A stretch of DNA of 64,000 nucleotides from Alphaproteobacteria bacterium (GTDB lineage: Bacteria > Pseudomonadota > Alphaproteobacteria > Micavibrionales > UBA2020), in NCBI GenBank assembly GCA_965279315.1, contig OZ257145.1, forward strand, positions 2,819,530 through 2,883,529, given 5' to 3'. The notes beneath the pieces are model-generated. The model had not been told where the DNA came from. It was given only the letters and a program-made list of their open reading frames with translations, and made no database searches. Position numbers and translations under genes: made by a program. Positions 10,550-20,075 of the stretch are shown piece after piece (the stretch's first letter is position 1; every line of letters begins with the position of its first letter).

Positions 10550-11671
10550 GTGATGCGTGTTATAAACACCATCATGTCTTTCGTTCACGATTTTATTTCC
10601 AAACATAAAGGCAAAATCCGCCTCTCCGTGCGCATCACGGTGTCGGCGCTGGCGGCCTATGCGATCAACACATGGCTGCAGCTGCCGCAGGGTTACTGGA
10701 TTGCCTTCACCGCGATCCTTGTCGTGCAGGCGAGCGTCGGCGGCTCGGTCAAGGCGGTGGTGGAGCGCATGATGGGCACATTCGCGGGCGCCGCCTATGG
10801 CGCGTTCATCGCGTCCGTCTGGGGGCACCTGCCGCATGAATATTATTTCGGGGCGATCATCGCGGGCATTGCGCCTATTTCGTTCATCGCCGCCCTCTAT
10901 CCCAGTTTCCGCATCGCACCGATCACGGTGGCCATCGTGCTGTTCAGCGATACCGCGCATAACATGAGCCCGCTTGTGTATGCCGAACACCGCGTCATGG
11001 AAATCGGCGTCGGCTGCCTGATCGGCCTTGTGGTCTCGCTGACCGTCCTGCCGTCACGCGCGCACAAGGTTCTGGCGAATGCGGCGTCGACCGTGCTTGG
11101 CACTTATGCCGACCTGCTGTCCAAGCTGCTGGATGTGGCGGCGGGCAAGCTGGATTATACCGAGGTCGAAAAACAGCATGCCGATATCCGCGCCGCCATC
11201 GGCCGCATGGAATTGGTGGGCGAAGACGCGACACGGGAACGCAAGAGCAAGCTGACCGACGAGCCGGACCCCGACCCCATCCTGCGCATGATCCGCCGCC
11301 TGCGTTTTGACCTTGTGATGATCGGCCGCGCGGTGATGCACCCGATGCCGCCCGCTGTCATGCAGGCATTGAACCCGCCGCTGACGGTTGTTGCCGCGGA
11401 ATCATCGACACTCATGCGCATGGCGGCTGCCACACTGTCCGGCAAGCCGGAAATAAAAGTGCCGGAAAGCCTTGAAATTGCCTATGGCGCGTTCGGCGCG
11501 GCGATGGCGGAACTGCACCGCACCCATGCTCTTGCCCCGCTGACCGAAGGCGAAACGGGGCGCGTGTTCACGCTCAGTTTTTCGCTGGAACAACTGCACC
11601 AGAACCTGCGCGACCTCGTCGCGCGCGCCAATGAATTTGGTGGCGAGGACGATACGGTTACGACCGGGTGA
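10550..11671 (+). CDS. FUSC-family / aromatic acid exporter-like membrane protein
   Basis: 373 aa. N-terminal multi-TM region contains YWIAFTAILVVQ..VGGS..K..ER..GT, typical of the FUSC family. Cytoplasmic helical C-terminus. Start could be GTG 10550, ATG 10553 or ATG 10574. Confidence 0.65.
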   Translation: MMRVINTIMSFVHDFISKHKGKIRLSVRITVSALAAYAINTWLQLPQGYWIAFTAILVVQASVGGSVKAVVERMMGTFAGAAYGAFIASVWGHLPHEYYFGAIIAGIAPISFIAALYPSFRIAPITVAIVLFSDTAHNMSPLVYAEHRVMEIGVGCLIGLVVSLTVLPSRAHKVLANAASTVLGTYADLLSKLLDVAAGKLDYTEVEKQHADIRAAIGRMELVGEDATRERKSKLTDEPDPDPILRMIRRLRFDLVMIGRAVMHPMPPAVMQALNPPLTVVAAESSTLMRMAAATLSGKPEIKVPESLEIAYGAFGAAMAELHRTHALAPLTEGETGRVFTLSFSLEQLHQNLRDLVARANEFGGEDDTVTTG

Positions 11672-11969
11672 TTTTCGTGAACTGCGCGGTTTTCGGCGCG
11701 GCTAATTCATGCGATGTGCCATGGCCGACAACGTCGGTAATGGTCGCAACAGTCTGCACATGATCCGCATGCTCGCGCTGCTTGCGCCCCGCGACGAGGC
11801 CTGCAAGAAAATCGCTGTCCTGCCGCCATTCGGTGATGGGGTCCACGGGTTCTTCATGCGACAAAACCGGCTGCTGCATTTTCAACAGGCGATCAGCGGT
11901 ATCTTCACCACGATCCGCAGAGCCAAAAATGCCCGTAAGCTTTTTCGTGATTTTTTCCCAAGCCGACAT
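11658..11969 (-). CDS. small protein A of the APxTAxF-tail family
   Basis: Start at MSAWEKITKK, 7 nt after the stop of gene B. Ends ..VATITDVVGHGTSHELAAPKTAQFTKITRS. The 3' end overlaps the FUSC gene convergently. Confidence 0.6.
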   Translation of the reverse strand: MSAWEKITKKLTGIFGSADRGEDTADRLLKMQQPVLSHEEPVDPITEWRQDSDFLAGLVAGRKQREHADHVQTVATITDVVGHGTSHELAAPKTAQFTKITRS

Positions 11970-11976
11970 AGGAAAA

Positions 11977-12297
11977 TTACAGGGTTTTCTTGAATGTCGC
12001 CGTTTTGGGCGCGGAAATGCCGCCCGCCGTCGCTTCGGGCTTGAAGCCAGTCGTTGCAACGACCGCATCGGCCTTGGCCTGCGCGGTTGCCTCTTCGGTT
12101 GCGAATTTCACCTGCCCCGATTCAACCATGCCGCGCCATTTCCAGTCGGAAATCGGTTCGGTCAATGCCTGTACGGTGGCAGCGTTTTCCCAAGGGCTCG
12201 GATCAGGCTTGCGCGCATATTCGTCGTTTTTCTTTTCCGACGACGTATTGAACGCGCCCATGAAATTCGAGATTGTGTCTTTAAAAGTCGTTCCCAT
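11977..12297 (-). CDS. small protein B of the APxTAxF-tail family
   Basis: ATG (MGTTFKDTISNFMGAFN) preceded by AGGGG. Ends ..AVVATTGFKPEATAGGISAPKTATFKKTL. Confidence 0.65.
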   Translation of the reverse strand: MGTTFKDTISNFMGAFNTSSEKKNDEYARKPDPSPWENAATVQALTEPISDWKWRGMVESGQVKFATEEATAQAKADAVVATTGFKPEATAGGISAPKTATFKKTL

Positions 12298-12341
12298 TCG
12301 CACCCCTGCACCCCCGCCGGATAATCGACAGGCATGAACAC

Positions 12342-12370
12342 ATTGTATCGCGAATGCACTATTATGTCAA
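12342..12370 (-). promoter_or_regulatory. sigma70-like promoter TTGACA-17-TACAAT (minus strand) upstream of small genes B and A
   Basis: The minus strand reads TTGACAtaatagtgcattcgcgaTACAAT. It lies in the only sizeable gap (about 95 nt) inside the array. Confidence 0.5.
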
Positions 12371-12392
12371 ATTTGACCGCTCGAGCAGGTTG

Positions 12393-12668
12393 CTAACGCC
12401 GAAAACGAGCCGTGCGGGGCGCGATGACGGGGATCTCTGTGCCCGTTGTCATGACGGCGGCAATGCCGGAAACCCGGGTCTGCCGTTCCTGCTTTTCCGC
12501 CTGCGCCGTAAAATGCCGCGCAAGTTCTTCTTCCGCGACAATCAGCTGATCCAGTCTCTCAACAGTCGCCTGCAGGCGCTGCGGGTTGATGCTCGACACA
12601 TAATTGCCGTTTTCATCGCGCTTGACGTTCGCGGCAGCTTTTTCAATCATGCTTTCGATATCGAACAT
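12393..12668 (-). CDS. small protein C of the APxTAxF-tail family
   Basis: GAGGA SD 7 nt upstream of the ATG. Ends ..IAAVMTTGTEIPVIAPRTARFRR. Confidence 0.7.
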   Translation of the reverse strand: MFDIESMIEKAAANVKRDENGNYVSSINPQRLQATVERLDQLIVAEEELARHFTAQAEKQERQTRVSGIAAVMTTGTEIPVIAPRTARFRR

Positions 12669-12678
12669 ATTTTATCCT

Positions 12679-12942
12679 CTAGAGGCTGACTGCTTTTTTG
12701 AATCGCGCGGTTTGCGGTGCGGCAACGGGCTTCTGCGCTCCCTTTCCGACCACCCACTGCACTTCGGCAAGGTTGCGCTTTTCCAGGTATTGCGTATATT
12801 CCGCCATCTTGCGCGCCTCCATTTCTTCTATCTCTCGTGTCCGGCGCCGGTCTTCCTCTTGCAGGCGCTGGTCCAGCGCGCGTTTGCGATCATCCGCTGA
12901 AGATCCTGCGAAGACGTTCCTGAACTGGTTGAAAATACTCAT
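12679..12942 (-). CDS. small protein D of the APxTAxF-tail family
   Basis: The ATG overlaps the stop of gene E (ATGA). Charged middle (EEDRRRTREIEEMEARK). Ends ..WVVGKGAQKPVAAPQTARFKKAVSL. Confidence 0.7.
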   Translation of the reverse strand: MSIFNQFRNVFAGSSADDRKRALDQRLQEEDRRRTREIEEMEARKMAEYTQYLEKRNLAEVQWVVGKGAQKPVAAPQTARFKKAVSL

Positions 12943-13334
12943 GACAGCACCCCGGCCCCGCGCTGTTTCCTGAAGCGCGCTGTTTGCGGCGCGGAAACCT
13001 GCCCCTGCATGCCATCGGAAACGATCGTGGCAACGGCCGTCATCCGCTGGTAATCAGCGATACGCGCGGCCTGTTGCTGCTGGAATTGCCATTGCTGCGT
13101 GCGCTGCTGTTCTTCCTCATGCGCCTGTTCGTGGAGTGCGTCTATTTTTCCCTGCAACACACGGCTTGCATTGTTGATCTGGCCGATAATTTCCTGCCGT
13201 GCTTTTCCTGTTCCGTCCACAGCGCCCTGCATGCGGTCATGCGCCGCGAGAAGCTTGGCGGTGTCGATCATTTTACGGTTTTCGAAACCGGCAGGCAGGT
13301 CAGGGAATGCGAAATCGTTGAATGAATCTTTCAT
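12939..13334 (-). CDS. small protein E of the APxTAxF-tail family
   Basis: The ATG overlaps the stop of gene F (ATGA). Q/E-rich coiled-coil-like middle. Ends ..AVATIVSDGMQGQVSAPQTARFRKQRGAGVLS. Confidence 0.7.
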   Translation of the reverse strand: MKDSFNDFAFPDLPAGFENRKMIDTAKLLAAHDRMQGAVDGTGKARQEIIGQINNASRVLQGKIDALHEQAHEEEQQRTQQWQFQQQQAARIADYQRMTAVATIVSDGMQGQVSAPQTARFRKQRGAGVLS

Positions 13335-13744
13335 GCCTGTCTGCCCATTTTCGTGAAGCGCGCAGTGCGCGGCGCCTTGACTTCGGCTTGCGTGCCGCCG
13401 GCCATGACGGTGGCAACCTGCGATGCGCGTTGCGCGGGCGTGGCGTCGGGCGCTTGCGCGACGGGAGGTGCATCACCGGACGGCAGGATGCCAATATTCG
13501 ATTTGGGTTTTGGCAGCCCGAAATTCTTGGCGGAGTTCATGAGCCTGTCATCATGCGCGCTGATATTCGCGTGGCTGATCTCGTGGCTGAAAATGAATGG
13601 GTCGAGCTGTTGTGTTTTGTTGATTTTATTATTTTCGAGTTCGAGTTTCTTGTCGGCCAGTTCCATGCGCTTCAGTTCATTCTCGCCATAAGGGTCGAGA
13701 TAGACCGACATCATCTTGGCCGCTTTGCTGAAAAATTCCTTCAC
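13331..13744 (-). CDS. small protein F of the APxTAxF-tail family
   Basis: The ORF is open to 13762 (GTG). I prefer the GTG at 13744 (VKEFFSKAAK), which has GGGGACGGGG upstream. An ATG at 13714 is also possible. Ends ..VATVMAGGTQAEVKAPRTARFTKMGRQA. Confidence 0.6.
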   Translation of the reverse strand: MKEFFSKAAKMMSVYLDPYGENELKRMELADKKLELENNKINKTQQLDPFIFSHEISHANISAHDDRLMNSAKNFGLPKPKSNIGILPSGDAPPVAQAPDATPAQRASQVATVMAGGTQAEVKAPRTARFTKMGRQA

Positions 13745-13789
13745 GATATACCCCGTCCCCACCGCGCTTTAATGCGCGGCATGGGAAAC

Positions 13790-13818
13790 AGTGTATCAAA
13801 ACTATCATATTATGTCAA
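13790..13818 (-). promoter_or_regulatory. sigma70-like promoter TTGACA-17-TACACT (minus strand) upstream of small genes F-E-D-C
   Basis: The minus strand reads TTGACAtaatatgatagttttgaTACACT. It shares the string ATTTGACATAAT with the promoter at 12342-12370. Confidence 0.5.
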
Positions 13819-13844
13819 ATATAAGCGTGTAAAAGCCTTTTATA

Positions 13845-14201
13845 TCAAGGCTTAGGAATACGCGGCGGGCTGGCGGCGGGCGGATTACGCTTTTCCGAGA
13901 TGACGGTGGTTTCGTTTGCCTTCGCTTCCCATGTGACGTGGAAATCCCAGTTGGGATCGAATTCCAGTTTGATGAGTTTCAGCGCCTTTGCCGCGTCGCA
14001 CGGCGGGATGCTGGCAGGCACGACGATCTGTTGCTGGTCGCAGGCTTTTTCCGCGCAGCGCAGGTCAACCTGCTTCGCCAGTTCTTCATATGCCGCTTTC
14101 TGGTCGGACGTCATAGTGGATTTCATGAACTGGATGCGCAACAGGCGGAGCAACGCTGGTTCGGAGAAGCTTCGCCGGAAATTGTTGAACATGCTCATCA
14201 T
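13845..14201 (-). CDS. small protein G; N-terminus resembles the array family, C-terminus differs (Cys-containing, ends PPRIPKP)
   Basis: AAGGAT SD upstream. The N-terminus MMSMFNNFRRSFSE is close to gene D's MSIFNQFRNVFAGS. There is no APxTAxF tail. Confidence 0.55.
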   Translation of the reverse strand: MMSMFNNFRRSFSEPALLRLLRIQFMKSTMTSDQKAAYEELAKQVDLRCAEKACDQQQIVVPASIPPCDAAKALKLIKLEFDPNWDFHVTWEAKANETTVISEKRNPPAASPPRIPKP

Positions 14202-14214
14202 ACAATCCTTGTTA

Positions 14215-16565
<2,351 letters not shown>

Positions 16566-16740
16566 TTTTTATGACCTTTTCGAAAACACCAGCAAATTAG
16601 CATTTTTGGATAAGGCTGGACAGAAAAAAACCCCGTCTTTTCATGAATTTCCGGTCAACTTGACCCCATGACTGTTTTAACATAAACTAGAGACAGATAA
16701 GGCTTCGGACGTGCTGCACAGCAACATCCAGGGTGCTTAA

Positions 16741-17184
16741 ATGGCAAAAGATTTCAAAGATTTATCGCTGCCCCTCAACAAGGTCATCGAGCTTGGCCAA
16801 GTGGATCGCTGGCTGCGCGGCATCGCCGATATCGTGCCCCACCCGACCGACCACAGCGAAGATGTGATGCAGGAGCGTGAATTGCACGCGTCGCTGCCCG
16901 GATTGACCGTCGCCGTGCTGGACAGCAACGCGCATATCCTGCCCTTCGCCGAAACCAATCTGGTGGAACAGGGAGACATCACGCGCATGAAGGGATTCCA
17001 CAACCTGATCCATTCCGCATCGCGCAACAACGTGCGCGTGGATGTGGATAGCGTGGGCGGCGCGGCACTGGAAGTGAATTTCGAACCGGACGAGCCGTTT
17101 TCGCGCAGCCGCGTTTTTGGCGGGACTTACGCGAATGTCATTCCCGCCGTGATTGGCGCGAAGCCGGCGGGCATCAGGAAATAG
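16741..17184 (+). CDS. hypothetical protein (147 aa)
   Basis: Strong GC3 bias on the + strand. The antisense ORF 16762..17277 is Arg-rich junk. No recognisable domain. Confidence 0.5.
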   Translation: MAKDFKDLSLPLNKVIELGQVDRWLRGIADIVPHPTDHSEDVMQERELHASLPGLTVAVLDSNAHILPFAETNLVEQGDITRMKGFHNLIHSASRNNVRVDVDSVGGAALEVNFEPDEPFSRSRVFGGTYANVIPAVIGAKPAGIRK

Positions 17185-17575
17185 GCGGCTTTTTATTCGC
17201 GTCGAATATGTCGCGCGCCTTCTGGATTTCCGGCCAGTTGCCCTGCACCCATTCCAGCATCGATTTGACAGGCACAAGCAGGCTTTTGCCGAGCGGCGTC
17301 AACTCGTATTCCACGCGCGGCGGCACTTCGGGGAAGAAATGACGGTCGACCGCGCCGTCACGCTCAAGGTTGCGCAGGGTCGTCGTCAACATGCGCTGCG
17401 AAATCCCCTCGATCGCGCGCATGATTTCGGAGAAACGCATCCGCTGCCCCGGCGCGTTGGCGAGGTTGAAAATCAGCAGGATCGACCATTTATCGCCCAC
17501 GCGGCTCAACATTTCCCTTAGGGGACATTTGTCGCCGCCAGCGTTTTTCAGGGCTTCTTTACATGTTTCCGTCAT
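17174..17575 (-). CDS. HxlR-family winged-helix transcriptional regulator
   Basis: CPLREMLSRVGDKWSILLIFNL...RFSEI...GISQRMLTTTLRNLERDG...RVEYELTPLG is the canonical HxlR signature. Confidence 0.85.
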   Translation of the reverse strand: MTETCKEALKNAGGDKCPLREMLSRVGDKWSILLIFNLANAPGQRMRFSEIMRAIEGISQRMLTTTLRNLERDGAVDRHFFPEVPPRVEYELTPLGKSLLVPVKSMLEWVQGNWPEIQKARDIFDANKKPPIS

Positions 17576-17577
17576 TG

Positions 17578-17593
17578 GTTACCTCAAAGTAAC
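17578..17593. promoter_or_regulatory. inverted repeat GTTAC-N6-GTAAC in the hxlR/azoR divergent region (candidate HxlR operator)
   Basis: GTTACctcaaaGTAAC lies immediately upstream of the hxlR start codon. A related half-site, TAGTAACCA, lies nearer azoR. Confidence 0.3.
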
Positions 17594-17678
17594 TAACTGA
17601 TTTAATTGTGCCTTCTTTTTTTATACCCAAGCGAATTATATCATCAAGTATTAAATAGTAACCAATAAAGGAAAGACC

Positions 17679-18302
17679 ATGCCTAAAAACATTCTTGTGA
17701 TCGACAGCAGCCCGAACGGCGCAAATTCCCTCTCCCGCAAAGTGACCGCCGATACAGTGGCGCAACTGCTGGCGAAATACCCGGGCAGCACGGTCACGAC
17801 CCGCGACCTCGACAAAAACCCCCTGCCCCACCTGACCGGCGAAACAGTGGCCGCATTCTTCACCCCGCCCGAAACCCGCACACCCGAACTGGCGGCGGCG
17901 ATCAAGCTGTCGGATGCGGCGACCGATGAATTGCTGGCAGCAGATATTATCGTGATCGGCGCGCCGATGTGGAATTTCAGCATACCTTCCGTGCTGAAGG
18001 CCTGGATCGATCATGTCGTACGCCGGGGCCGCACCTTCGCTTATTCCGCAACGGGTGCCGAAGGCCTTGTGAAAGGCAAGGCCGTATTCCTTGCCCTGTC
18101 GCGCGGCGCAAAATATGCGGAAGCGCCGTACAAGCAAATGGAATTCCATGAAACCTATCTGCGCGGCGTACTGGGCTTTATCGGCCTTACCGATGTGCAT
18201 GCCATTATTGCCGAAGGCGCATCAATGGGGCCGGATGGCACCAAGAACGCCATTACATCGGCCGAACAGCAGCTTGCGGCGGTGATGACAAAAGCGGCAT
18301 AG
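17679..18302 (+). CDS. azoR: FMN-dependent NADH-azoreductase
   Basis: 207 aa. ILVIDSSP..S.SR, PMWNFSIPS.LKAWID and the GF.G motifs are typical of AzoR. Confidence 0.85.
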   Translation: MPKNILVIDSSPNGANSLSRKVTADTVAQLLAKYPGSTVTTRDLDKNPLPHLTGETVAAFFTPPETRTPELAAAIKLSDAATDELLAADIIVIGAPMWNFSIPSVLKAWIDHVVRRGRTFAYSATGAEGLVKGKAVFLALSRGAKYAEAPYKQMEFHETYLRGVLGFIGLTDVHAIIAEGASMGPDGTKNAITSAEQQLAAVMTKAA

Positions 18303-18322
18303 TAACGCAAAGGACAAAAGCA

Positions 18323-19129
18323 ATGACAACGGCGAGCGCAAAACAACCCGCGATCTTTATTCCGCATGGCGGCGGCCCCTGTTTCTTTATGGACTGGAAC
18401 CCGCCTGATACGTGGAAAAAGATGGAGGCATATCTCGCCTCCCTCGCCGCTTCATTGCCCGCAAAACCTAAAGCCATGATCGTCATTTCCGCGCACTGGG
18501 AAGAAAACGAATTCACCGTTTCGACCAATCCGAACCCTGAAATGATTTACGATTATCACGGATTCCCCGAACATACGTTCGAGATTGAATGGAACGCGCC
18601 GCATGACGCGGCACTTGCGCAAAAGGTGCTGGAGCTCATCAGGGGTGAGGGCATTCCGGTGCGCGAAGACAAAACACGCGGCTATGACCACGGCGTTTTT
18701 ATTCCGCTGAAAGTTGCTTTCCCCGATGCCGATATTCCGGTCGTTGTCGTGTCGATGAAGCACGACCTTGACCCCGTCGAACACATTGCCCTTGGCCGCG
18801 CGCTTGCGCCGTTGCGTGATGAAAACGTGCTGATTCTCGGCAGCGGCATGAGTTACCACAACCTGCGCCAGTTTTTCGGCGGGCGGGAGAATACCGATGC
18901 CCAGAAATTTGACGAATGGCTGACGGCAGCATCGACCGCCGCACCGGAAACCCGCGATGACCGGTTGGCAGACTGGGAATCCGCCCCCGCCGCCCGCAGC
19001 TGCCATCCGCGCGAGGAACACCTGCTGCCGCTGATGGTAGCGGCTGGTGCGGCGGGCAGCGATATAGGCACGCATGAGTATGGCGACAAGGTCATGGGGC
19101 TCGCGGTGTCGGCCTATCGTTTTGGCTGA
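18323..19129 (+). CDS. class III extradiol dioxygenase (LigB/YgiD, 4,5-DOPA dioxygenase-like)
   Basis: 268 aa. FIPHGGGP, ISAHWE, YDYHGFP, DHGVFIPL and SGMSYHNL motifs. Confidence 0.8.
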   Translation: MTTASAKQPAIFIPHGGGPCFFMDWNPPDTWKKMEAYLASLAASLPAKPKAMIVISAHWEENEFTVSTNPNPEMIYDYHGFPEHTFEIEWNAPHDAALAQKVLELIRGEGIPVREDKTRGYDHGVFIPLKVAFPDADIPVVVVSMKHDLDPVEHIALGRALAPLRDENVLILGSGMSYHNLRQFFGGRENTDAQKFDEWLTAASTAAPETRDDRLADWESAPAARSCHPREEHLLPLMVAAGAAGSDIGTHEYGDKVMGLAVSAYRFG

Positions 19130-19163
19130 TTGACGAACGGGCAAGTTTCGATAAACTCGCTCC

Positions 19164-20075
19164 ATGAAACAAGACACGCTGACAGTCGCCCATTGGGCCG
19201 AAAACCTTGGCCACCCGCTCCGCTCCCTTGCAGATTGGGTGACGCTGGTCGATAAACAGGCCGCGGCAGCTGCAAAGAATAAAGCGGACATCCTGCTGAT
19301 GCCCGAACATACCGGCGAGCATTGGATGCATTTCGCGCCGAAACTGCTGCAGCTGGTTGATGAAACACGCTGGATTGCAGAACAGGCAGCGACAACGATG
19401 CCCGCAGTTGCGAAGATTGCGAAGAAATACAACATCGCTATCCTTGCGGGGTCAACATCCTGGGAGCACGAAAAAACCGGCAAGTTACGCAACCGCGCAT
19501 GGATGTTCTTCCCCGACCGCAAGCCCGTGTTCCACGATAAGCTGGTGATGACGCCGTCCGAAAAAGATCCCTGCGGCTGGGATTTTGAAACGGGCAGCGA
19601 TGTGAAGGTTTTCAAATGGCGCGGTTTCCGCCTGTCGATGGTCATCTGCCTCGATATCGAAATGCCGCATGTTGCGCATAAAATGGCGAGCGCCGATATC
19701 GACCTGCTGCTGGTGCCGTCGATGACGGTCAAGGAAGCCGGGTACCACCGCGTCTATTCCTGCGCCCGTGCACGCGCCGTTGAATTGATGACCGCCGTTG
19801 TGGTGGTCGGCAATGTGGGTGCGGCCAAAAAATACGGCAGGGCGCGCGACGTGTACCGCAGCGGCGCGGCAACCTATATCCCGTCAGAAGAAATTTTTGG
19901 CCATACCGGCATCTTCGCCAATATGCCGCTGCACGCCAAAACAACAGGCGCGGGAAAAATCCTTTATTCGCGCAACATTCCCGTCGGCAAAATCCGCGCC
20001 TTGCGGCATGGCAAACCTGAAGCATGGCCCGGCCCGTTCGATGCAATGCATGTGAAAATCGTTGATAACGCTTAA
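19164..20075 (+). CDS. carbon-nitrogen hydrolase (nitrilase superfamily) protein
   Basis: 303 aa with Glu (LLMPE), Lys (HDKLVMT) and Cys (MVICLDIE) triad contexts. Confidence 0.75.
   Translation: MKQDTLTVAHWAENLGHPLRSLADWVTLVDKQAAAAAKNKADILLMPEHTGEHWMHFAPKLLQLVDETRWIAEQAATTMPAVAKIAKKYNIAILAGSTSWEHEKTGKLRNRAWMFFPDRKPVFHDKLVMTPSEKDPCGWDFETGSDVKVFKWRGFRLSMVICLDIEMPHVAHKMASADIDLLLVPSMTVKEAGYHRVYSCARARAVELMTAVVVVGNVGAAKKYGRARDVYRSGAATYIPSEEIFGHTGIFANMPLHAKTTGAGKILYSRNIPVGKIRALRHGKPEAWPGPFDAMHVKIVDNA

Noticed and set aside
11658-11671. Convergent 3' overlaps (FUSC/small gene A 14 nt; 16741-17184/hxlR 11 nt; 19164-20075/20072-21322 4 nt; 2-193/190-819 4 nt) as regulatory antisense arrangements
   Set aside because: Short convergent overlaps are common in compact GC-rich genomes. 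There is no additional structure to support a specific mechanism.
11658-13762. The regularly recurring conserved segment in the small-ORF array as a CRISPR array or REP-type DNA repeat
   Set aside because: Spacing is irregular (about 270-430 nt). The conserved unit differs at synonymous codon positions while the peptide is preserved, and it always lies in frame at ORF 3' ends. The conservation is therefore protein-level, not a DNA repeat.
11658-14201. The small-ORF array as a RiPP precursor cluster
   Set aside because: RiPP precursors usually have a conserved N-terminal leader and a variable C-terminal core, with adjacent maturation enzymes. Here the conserved part is C-terminal, the ORFs are long (about 90-140 aa), and no maturase, protease or ABC exporter gene is co-oriented nearby. 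Kept only as a remote possibility.
16566-16740. tRNA, SRP RNA, 6S or other structured RNA genes in the larger intergenic regions (16566-16740, 45653-45908, 58612-58764, 62361-62556, 6002-6122, 8736-9059)
   Set aside because: No cloverleaf-compatible sequence, conserved SRP/tmRNA/RNase P boxes or extended covarying stems were visible by eye. The absence cannot be proven without tRNAscan or Infernal.
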